DNA of 64,000 nt from Eledone cirrhosa (lineage: Eukaryota): NCBI GenBank assembly GCA_964016885.1, contig OZ024740.1, positions 58,466,001 to 58,530,000 on the forward strand, written 5' to 3'. Both the position numbers and the translations under genes were made by a program. Within the stretch, counting starts at the first letter, position 1, and the number at the start of each line of letters is the position of its first letter. The notes beneath the pieces are model-generated. The model made no database searches and was not told the origin of the DNA. It worked only from the letters and a program-made list of their open reading frames with translations. Positions 54,420 through 64,000 of this stretch are shown in pieces.

Positions 54420-56600
54420 TTCCTTTCTGGCTTTTGCTTCTAATTAATTCTATCAAAGCTGGAATAACTAACAAATCTACACTTATTATCTTTCTGGCCT
54501 TAAGTTTATCTTTATGTTTTAATATTAGCTTAGATCATCAGGGCTAGTATTATCTACTTTTGAACTCCATTTCATTTATTGAATTTTGTAATTTTCTTTT
54601 TCTCTGAGTAATTGAACCTCTACTAATTTTATGTAGCTTACTATTTGGAGTTTTAATTATTTTTCTCTTTATAAAATAACTATTGTTCATTTATCTAATC
54701 CTACAGTGGGTTTTAAAGGCTTTGTCTTAGGAGGCAGGGTAGTACCCATAACTTATTTCATAACCCTTTTTTCATTAGCTTTTATTAAGATTGGAGTGAG
54801 CATTATCCAGCACCAGAGTAGACCCTTCTAAGACTCCTTAGGGCCAGGTAGAGGGGTTAGACTGAATAAGGACAGTGCCTTTGATGCATTTCCATAGTTC
54901 CTGTATACCACCAAATTTAATTGACAAGGCTTTGAGTAGCTTGGGAATATGGTAGACGACACCATTCCAACATGCTGTGCACTGGGAGTGAACTCCCCAT
55001 CACATAGTTGAAAAGTGAATGCCTTAACCATATAGCCTTACTTGTGCTGAATCTGTAGTTTTAACAGGATTTTGATGTTGGTGTTTAGCCACAGGTGAGC
55101 CTTTTTCATACAGATTTATAATCATTCTGTGACCATCTCAGCTTTTATACACACAATATATATATGACTAAATTACTACAGCAAAGGATCCTCATTGACT
55201 CAATTTTAATTCTGGTGTCTAATATTTTATTGAAGACTGTTGCCAACTTTTTATTTATCTAGTTTCAGTACTTTAACCAGAAATTGGAAATGTTACCAAT
55301 TCCTGGACCTGCCAGCTGTATTCATTATATTCTAGACCATGCATGTGGTGTAATTGTCTTTTCTTTTCTCACGTCTATCTTATGTATGCAACAACAATTT
55401 TATACTTTACAAAAGACATGAGATGCTACTGTTATCAATAGCATCGTCAGAAAACAATTAAATGCTTTTCTCTTCTTTAGGCTTGTAATTTCATCCTTAC
55501 CAAGCTAACAAATGAAATTCCAGCTTCATATCCAAAGTTTATAAGTGTCATAAGGTCCTTTCTTATATGAAAGTGAAAGTGAAAGAATGATTTTATCATT
55601 TCATTTGAAATTGGTACAACTGCAGAAACATGCAACTATTTCTGTTAAATCAGTGACAGATTGCTTATCAAGGTAATCAGAAAATGGGATTACTACAATT
55701 TGTAAATGTGTTTAAAGAATTCTCACACAGTATTTGTTATCTATAAAGATGTATGCATGTCTTATATATTTAAAAAATGGGGCAGATAACTTCATAGAAT
55801 GGACTGATGAAGATTTTGTGACAACCCATGTCCCGGCTTGTTGCAGAGATGGATGGAGAGAGGCGGTACACTATCCCCCCCCCCCCCCAATCCTTGAGAG
55901 TCAGAGAATCAGTAATTGTAATGGTAACATATGCGCTGTGCAATTGTTTTATGAGATATACTTGTGTTCCACCAAGCTGTTCATATACACATGAATTTCT
56001 TTTGTTATTGATGTAAACTTCAACGTACTGTTGATGTTTATTGATGTTTTGATGGAAAGATTTAAGTTTCTGATTCTCTTGGAAAAGATTTTCAGGTTTA
56101 TCAAACTGCTTATCTAGCAAGTTTTTTTTGCCAGAGTCAGTAGTATTAATTTTTATTTCCCTGGCCTGAATGTGTTCCTCATATCTTTTTTTATCATTTT
56201 TTATTTAATTAAAAAAAAACAATGTTTATATAATCAGTATACGTCATATTGATATTTTCCTCGTAGAGAAAGCAGACATTAGATGATGGTGATGATGGCT
56301 TGAATATTCAAGGGAACAGAGCATCTTGTTAGTTAACATCATTTCATGACAGCTTGACACTATTTGTCTATCAGGGAAACAGATCAGGGAAGTATTTCAA
56401 TTCTTGATGCTGCTGACAATATTTGTCTCTCAAAAATTGATATTTAGAAAATATGATTGACATCATTTAAATTTATAAAAGTCCACCTCAAGCAAGCAGT
56501 TAACTGTTCTTTTGTCAAGCGCAGATGGAAAAAAACATCATGACATCAACAATTCATTGTGATAAATAATTTGAGTGGTGTATGTATGTATATATATTAT

Positions 56601-57138
56601 GTCAGGTCGCTCTTCAGTGCTGCTGGTAACATCTAACCCAGTACAGCCTGTGCATGGTCGGGTTATCGTCAACTAAACTGGCAACTCCTCTAAGCTTGCT
56701 TGGTGAAGAGGGTGATTTTGGACACCCTGTGGGATGAAAAACTAAACCTGTCAAAGGGCGGAGGAATTCAGGAGAGTCAACGGCCATCCAATAAAGTTTT
56801 TTTTTTTAATTTTGTGGAGCAAGAGACTCCTAATCTTGATTAAGACATCTCTTTAGGAGAAAATCACTCTGATATAAAACCTGCGACTTCGTTTGCGTCC
56901 AAGGATGTAAACCAATTATTCTTTTGGGGTAAATGTATTTGATGTTCAGAGAGTCAGATAGACACCTTGCAAAGCCTTTCCTCACTTAAAAAAGCTTCAA
57001 GCATAAGCATTGCTTGATATGTGACATTTTTTGTGATGCATGGCATTGCTGGCCATAGGCATATGGACTAAAATCCACCTCCGTGATGCTCATGCTTAAG
57101 TTTAAAGCGATGGCATTACTCGAAATCAAGCTGCAGCC
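56601..57138 (+). mobile_element. GC-richer insertion between TA-type repeats; possible non-autonomous RTE 5'-UTR derivative
   Basis: Abrupt compositional change; TTAGGAGAAAATCACTCTGATATAAAACC resembles, from memory, an RTE 5'-UTR motif; single copy here. Confidence 0.4.
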
Positions 57139-57173
<35 letters not shown>

Positions 57174-57175
<2 letters not shown>

Positions 57176-58055
57176 TCACTATCATCATCATACATTCACT
57201 TTTTCATGTTTGCATGGGTTAGTCAGGTCTTTTTCAGCATAGCATCTCTCCACTCATTGCATTCCTTCATCATCTCCTCTGTAAGATTCAGAAATTTGAG
57301 GTCAACTATTACCATTGTCACCTGGGTCTTCCTTTGGTCTCCTCTACTGCAGCTTTCTTCCACTGGGGTTTCTTGACACCTCTTCACCCAACAATCATCA
57401 ACTATGCACATCACATGTCCATACTAACATAATCTTTTCTCTTGCACACTACATCTAATTCCTCTTATAACCAGTGTTTCTCTTAGTTCATCCATGCTTT
57501 GTTGCATACACACATTAACATTGCATATTCAGCAAATCCTGCTTGCTTCATTTCTTTCCAACTTTCATATATCCTCTGCATTCACTGTCCATGTCTCACT
57601 ATCCTACAGTATCACACACAGGCATCATACAGCTGACCTTTCATTTGTAGGGAGAAATCTTTTGTCGATGGAGGTAGAAGCTCCCTAGACTTTTTCCCTC
57701 CTCTCCTTACTCTAGCTACTGTACTCTCAGAGCACCCCCACTCCATGCTAATTAGATCAACTAGGTAACAGAAGCTATTAACCACTTTTATGGGTCCTTC
57801 CTGTGATTGGAAAAAAAGGTTTATTTCACTTACTACTAGCAATACATGTGGAGCTGCTACATACAAAGTTTATCTTTTCTGTCAGTCAGCCTGCTATAAC
57901 AAGATACCTCTTGTGTACCCAAGATTTACATTGTGTACATTGTATAGAGATTTTACTTTCTCTATTTCTACATATCAAGCAGGGCCACTTCCCTAAAGGG
58001 ATCAGGGTCCTGCCTTCTTATGTACTTGCTAACACCTTGGTTTTTGCTCAGTTAG
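57174..58055 (-). mobile_element. Decayed 5'-truncated RTE (family A-like)
   Basis: VVNSFCYLVD, CWVKRCQETPVE, EWRDAMLKKT, (GAT)n tail; TA runs at both ends. Confidence 0.9.
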
Positions 58056-58105
58056 AAACATATATATATATATACATACACATGTTTGTATATATTATCT
58101 CCCTC

Positions 58106-58161
<56 letters not shown>

Positions 58162-58649
58162 ATATAACTTATGTGCATAAATGGTTTTACATTAAAGGGT
58201 ATTTAAACATTTTTTTAATAAACAATTTAATATCAGAATTGTAATCTTTATATGAAACCCAACAAATTCTCTTAGTGCTGTTTATATTTATCTTCCATTT
58301 ATTACAATTTGCACCTTTTTATGGTTTCTTGACTTGGTAAAATAGGCAGCCAAATCTTCCTCAAATTATACCCCCTTGTCTTAAATAAGGTAAGGTCACA
58401 TTAAAGGGTGTAGTCCTTTAATTCCTTAAAAAATAGAGTATTCATACTGTAATGGCATTGATTATATGTCTGCTGATTCAAAACTAAGACAACATGTATA
58501 GTTATATTAATATTCATAAACAAAAAGAGGATAGTTCTATAGATTAATATTTTTTAATACTATTTTGTTAGTAATGTTTAGAATAGTTTCCCAGATTGAA
58601 TGTATCTCTATCAGTTTTGATGATGAGTGCTGCAGTTGTTCACCCAACA

Positions 58650-58800
58650 AGACAGCCTGCTCATGAAATGAACTTGTAAGTGGTTCAGCATTCCATAGAC
58701 ATATGTACACTTAATATAATTTTCAGGGAGATTCAGCATAATGATGTTTCAGGACTGGTCCTTTGAATTACAGGTACAGTACATTTTTTTGACAAGCTGC
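58650..58800 (-). mobile_element. Decayed SINE central region
   Basis: Directly abuts a family B SINE head at 58800-58935; composition unlike the flank. Confidence 0.4.
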
Positions 58801-59041
58801 TGAACAGTTTCCGCTTACCCAATGTCTCTTACAAGGCTAAGGTTGACCAAAGACTTTGGTAACTGACACTTGCCTAAGATGCTATGCAGTGGAATTGAAC
58901 CCAATACCTTATCATTGGAAAGCAAGCTTCTTAACGATTCAAATATGTTATGGCCATTTTCCAGATGATGTCATTGAAAACTATCACCACTACAATGTAT
59001 TCTGAAGGGAACCATTTCCTTGTAATTCCAATCCTGAGTTA

Positions 59042-59239
59042 CTGTATATACTTGAATATAAGCCGCTCTCCTATTTTATGTCTGAGAAATGAGTAAAAAT
59101 CGAAACCTCATTTATAAGCCAAGGCAGCTAATCAATGGGTTGTTTAGATGGAATATATAAGTCAACCCCCCCCCCCCCCCCAATTTTACTATTGATTTTT
59201 TGGTCATATAATCCTCAGCTCATATTCGAGTATATATGG
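59042..59239. mobile_element. Tc1/mariner-superfamily (Tc2/pogo-like) MITE
   Basis: TA|CTGTATATACTTGAATATAAGC ... GCTCATATTCGAGTATATATGG|TA: imperfect 22-bp TIR with TA duplication. Confidence 0.8.
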
Positions 59240-59241
59240 TA

Positions 59242-59423
59242 ATAGTTGTTTCTACTATTAGCACAATGCCAGCAATTATCCCAGTGTATTACTAGTACGT
59301 TATTTTATCGACCCTTGTAAGGATGAAAGGCAAAGTTAACCTCGGTGGGATTTGAACTCAGACTGGCAATGGCCGTAACTCTATGCGTCAAAGCATGGTG
59401 TCCAACCCTCTACTGATACTGCT
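59242..59423 (-). mobile_element. SINE family A
   Basis: Matches 5976-6142. Confidence 0.85.
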
Positions 59424-59746
59424 ATGTCTGTTATATGGTGTTCACATCGCATGCCCATATAGACTAAAACACTGTCCTCTTGTGGCTTCAGTAGTACTAT
59501 TAATGTGTGATTAAACAGCATATGTTTATACAAGTTTGAGTGACTTTTATTTGTAAAAAGAAAAATGGCAATTTACAATTACAAGATTTATAAAAACAAT
59601 ATTCAAATTGACTGTTTAGTTGAAGTAGTATTATGAATATATTCTTGAGAGAGAAGGCAAACGAAAGATATTCGCAGACCATTAAAAAAAAAAACATTAC
59701 ATGTGTTGTAAAGTCTGGCTTTGTAGCATGTGTGTATATATATATA

Positions 59747-60088
59747 AGTGAGAGAAAGGCAGAGTTTGGATGAGCTGATGGAGAAGCTGGGTTTAGAAGG
59801 AATCTGAGGTTGTGTGCAGGAGAGAAGACTGTTTTTATGAACATGTGATGTACATGGACAATGATTGCTGGGTGAAGAAATGCCAGGAAATCCAAGTGGA
59901 AGAAAGCTGCTGTAGAGGAAGTCCGTCCATGAAAGACCTGGGCAGAGGTTGAGAGAGCTGACCTCAAATCAATAAGACTGGCAGAGGAAATGGATAAGGG
60001 TCTCGGTGAGTGGAGAGATGCCGTGCTGAGAAGGACCCATCCAACCCATGCATGGAAAAACAGAGGCAAAAACGATGATAACGAGGAT
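59747..60088 (+). mobile_element. Decayed RTE 3' fragment
   Basis: CWVKKCQEI..EWRDAVLRRTHPTHA, degenerate GAT tail; starts after a TA run. Confidence 0.85.
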
Positions 60089-60297
60089 ATATCTATGTGT
60101 ATGCATATATATATACACACATTTTATATGTATGTATATATATGTGTGTGTGAGAATGTATGTATATATCATCATCATCATCACCGTTTAATGTCCATTT
60201 TTCATGATGAACCCATGCACAGAATGGAGAGGGATGCTGTGCTGGAAAAAGCCTGTTTAGCCCATGCAAGCATGGTAATAACAACATAAAATGTGTG

Positions 60298-60333
<36 letters not shown>

Positions 60334-60611
60334 TCAGTCTTTATATACATAATTAATTAACTGATCCCCGCTCCATACACATGCACACATGTATATCTTG
60401 ACTCATACACTGTTCACTTTCCTGACATTTGTACATTATTCTCTGTACTATACATGCACCTTTGATGAGTTGTAGTGCACCTGAGCACTGTACACAATAA
60501 TTTCAGAGGTGTTTGGATCACTTTCGTTAATTCAAGTATAATCAGAATTAAGTTGTAATCATCAGTTGTAGTACCATTCCAACTATAATATAGGTTCATG
60601 CCTGATACACA

Positions 60612-61675
60612 ATGGAATATTGTGATAAAAGCTGACCTTGCACAATTGCACCTCTCAAAGATAATGACACAGGATCATGATCATTGGCATCATGCAGTAA
60701 TACAGAAGACCATCCTTCCCATGTGCACGGACTGAAACATATATCCAGTAGGCACCTCTTAACCGTTATCCTCCTCCTCCCTTCCATATACCTCCCATGC
60801 CTCAACACCCACCCACTTCTGTTCATACCACCCATACACTGTAATGTTGTTGTGTTGGTATCATAACAAAAAGCATCCAACCCTCACTGTAAAGTGTTCA
60901 TGTAGGTGTCACAACAAAAAGCACCCAGCCCACACTGTAAAGGGGTCATTTAGGTGTCATGACATAAAAGCTCCCAGCCCACACTATAAAGTGGTTGTGT
61001 AGGTGTCATGTCAAAAAGCACCCAGCCCATACTGTAAAGTGGTTGTGTAGGTGTCATGACAAAAAGCACCCAGCCCATACTGTAAAGTGGTTGTGTACGT
61101 GTCATGACAAAAAGCACCCAGCCCACACTGTAAAGTGGTTGTGTAGGTGTCATGACAAAAAGCATTCAGCCCACACTGTAAAGTGGTTGTGTAGGTGTCA
61201 TGACAAAAAGCATTCAGCCCACACTGTAAAGTGGTTGTGTAGGTGTCATGTCAAAAAGCATTCAGCCCACACTGTAAAGTGGTTGTGTAGGTGTCATGTC
61301 AAAAAGCATTCAGCCCACACTGTAAAGTGGTTGTGTAGGTGTCATGACAAAAAGCATTCAGCCCACACTGTAAAGTGGTTGTGTAGGTGTCATGACAAAA
61401 AGCATTCAGCCCACACTGTAAAGTGGTTGTGTAGGTGTCATGTCAAAAAGCATTCAGCCCACACTGTAAAATGGTTGTGTAGGTGACATGACAAAAAGCA
61501 CTGTAAATATCATTGGCATTAGGAAGGGCATCCAGCTGTAGAAACCTAGCCAGAATCAGTTCTGTGTTTACCACGACACAGTCACCTGACCCGACTTGCC
61601 TCAAAGGGGACAACACGTCTAACCCTGTAGCATGGAAAGTGGATGTTAAACGATGGTGATGATGATGATGATGAT
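60612..61675 (+). mobile_element. RTE family B-type 3' end with an expanded internal tandem array
   Basis: 60612-60770 aligns with 3215-3365; then the array, AGGAAGGGCATCCAGCTGTAGAAA and a (GAT)n tail. Confidence 0.85.
60837..61500 (+). repeat. 48-bp tandem array, 14 units
   Basis: Unit CACTGTAAAGTGGTTGTGTAGGTGTCATGACAAAAAGCA(CC/TT)CAGCCCA; starts at 60837, 60885, 60933, 60982, 61030 ... 61462. Confidence 0.95.
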
Positions 61676-61931
61676 ATACATATATATAGAGAGAGGGAGA
61701 GAGAAAGATAGGTAAAATCCCGACCATGGGGCCAAGTGGTTTCCCCAGTCTCACCACCACAGACGCTCTATCTCTCTCTCTACATATATATATATATATA
61801 TATATACATGTGTGTGTGTATAAGTATATCTATCTATCTGTTTGTTTTATATTTTTTACACAACTATGTAAAATCCCCGGCATGTCTTTGTATTGTCCCC
61901 TTTTCTTGTGCGCCTTTGTGGCAAATAAAGA

Positions 61932-62009
<78 letters not shown>

Positions 62010-62887
62010 ATCATCTTTCTAAAATGTCAATTAGCAGGTGATCATTGATAGTTATGCTTGTACAGAAATATCTTCTGCCAGGTAAAATTGAAGGTATTAT
62101 TTGTGCCAGTAACCAACTTATGCCTTTTGTCAGGGTTTTAAGAGTAAGAGACCTATTTCACAGTGATAGGAAATATGCATATAAATCTGTGATAAATTCA
62201 CCACCTCTTTTTACTTTCATTGAGAAGGGAAAAATCTGAATGTAATTGTAATATTACTATTTCAAATGTTAGAGGACTCGATAATGTAATAGGGTGATTA
62301 AAAGTTAAAAGGTTTTCAAATCTATTAAGATGATGACTAAGAAACGAAATTATTTATAACTGTGTCTCTCTAAACAGACAGCTTTATAGACATTTCATTG
62401 AACAAATTGGCTGAATAAATATTGTTATCTGATTAATAGTTGTCATGGTAAAAACAGATTAAACAAGTTTGTAGACAGAGTAGTATCTCACAAACTAACG
62501 AGGAAGAAGATAATGCTAAATATTATTACATCTACCTTTGATATTCTATATATTTGTCAAGTTTTATTTTATTTTTATCATACACTTTGATTTGCAAATA
62601 ATTATTATTGTGTATATTAAATAATAAATATATATTTAAATATACTAAAATGAAGATTATTTACTCTTTGAATGTAGCTTGTATAAAGTCTATAATATTT
62701 ATAGTGTTTTTTATCTGTATCCTAGCATCAATTCTTTTTATTCTAAGACTGTCGGTGTATTGTAATTTTTAGGTATGTATTTTCAGTGCTTGCATATGGT
62801 ATGAAATGCACCCCCATACTTATGTTTTCTCTTTAGGGTCAACAGAACAAGAACCTATTAAACACACATACATTCTTTATTAAGAAA

Positions 62888-63080
62888 TAATTGTTTCTAC
62901 TTTTGGCACAAGGCCAGCAATTACCCAGTGCATTACTGGTACTTTATTTTATCAACCCCGTAAGGATGAAAGGCAAAGTTAACCTTGGCGGGATTTGAAC
63001 TCAGATCATAAAGGGCCGTAACTCTATGCTGTAAAGCATGGCATCCGACCCTCTACCAATACTGCCAATTCACCACCCTT
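62888..63080 (-). mobile_element. Full-length SINE family A
   Basis: Complete head-to-tail copy; TTATTAAGAAATAAT occurs on both sides (about 62877 and 63082), a likely TSD. Confidence 0.9.
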
Positions 63081-63908
63081 GTTATTAAGAAATAATGATA
63101 ATATAGTTACTAGAGAAAATTAAATGACTAATGAAATGCATATCTTTTGTGTGGTATGTATTTTAATATAATATCACAAGTGTTTTAAGGCCATTTGCTG
63201 CCTCATGACAAGCTTCTCCATTTTGCCCTATCATCTGTATCCACCTCCCCGACCCCCTGCATGTATTTTAATAAATTAAAGATATTATATATAACCCAAT
63301 CACTTGCATCACAGCTTCATTTTTGTTGTACTGTCAGTTTAATATTAATCAGACATACATTGCTGATGTCAGTCATAAACTCCTCACAGAATCGTAATTC
63401 TAATTTTAGTTGTTGCATTCGTGGCATGTATATCAGTGATATCTAACATGTTCATTGCTTATCAGTTACCGTACATGGAATTCTATCAGCACATGGAAGC
63501 CTATCAAATACATTTTCCAGGTCAACAAAAGCATTATTATTTGTATTTGCATCGTTTAAAATGATACAAGTTTTATTAACCCACCTGATACCAAACAGCC
63601 TGAAACCATCTCTGGTTCAGGTTAAGTTATGCTATAAACACCACCTTAATAATGAGAAATTCTGGGTTATATTAACAATTAATTGAGAATCGTATACAGC
63701 AACTTTTATTAGAGATTTGGTAACAAAAGAGTTAATCATAGAAAATGATGAGTGAAACTATTGATAGATTTCTTACTTAAACAACTGGAAATTCGTATTT
63801 GATTGTAGATTACATATTGATCACATAGAAAAGACTTAGACCAATCATTTGTAAGTGTAGTAGTGAATGCTAACCACAAATAATTATGTCTCACAATGCC
63901 ACACTTAA

Positions 63909-64000
63909 CCCTTTAGCATTTAAACCAGCTGTATCCGTCTAGATTTCTCTCACCTCTTTATGTTCAAACTGGCTGTAACTTGCTACTCATACTGATGTTA
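63909..64000 (+). mobile_element. piggyBac-like MITE M2, cut by the window end
   Basis: TTAA|CCCTTTAGCATTTAAACC, matches 30274 and 30799. Confidence 0.85.

Noticed and set aside
60837-61500. CRISPR array
   Set aside because: Head-to-tail units with no unique spacers, no cas genes, eukaryotic context.
62748-62772. Possible 25-nt exon (TTCTAAG|...TAG|GTATGT)
   Set aside because: Weak acceptor, stops in two frames, no independent support.

Overview
AT-rich, repeat-dense eukaryotic genomic DNA. The repeat repertoire (RTE-clade LINEs with (GAT)n tails, tRNA-derived SINEs, long (TA)n/(CA)n/(TTA)n microsatellites) suggests a cephalopod, probably Octopus, but this is inference. No host gene can be called with confidence; the window looks like a large intron or intergenic region, with one candidate micro-exon near 40.9 kb. 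All recognisable coding sequence is transposon-derived: at least four RTE lineages (two carry a PHD finger inside the reverse transcriptase), CR1-group fossils, a fragmented hAT transposase (43.1-45.3 kb, minus) and TTAA- and TA-flanked MITEs. Most short ORFs in the track are antisense or microsatellite artefacts. The most interesting signal is a shared non-coding module (48-bp stem-loop unit plus AGGAAGGGCATCCAGC motif). It appears at the 5' end of one RTE family, in the 3' UTR of a second and in a SINE body, and its copy number varies from 1 to 14 (array at 60.8-61.5 kb). Other signals are apparent RTE insertion preference for (TA)n and a degenerate minimal hammerhead motif. Coordinates were read by eye and boundaries of decayed elements are approximate.
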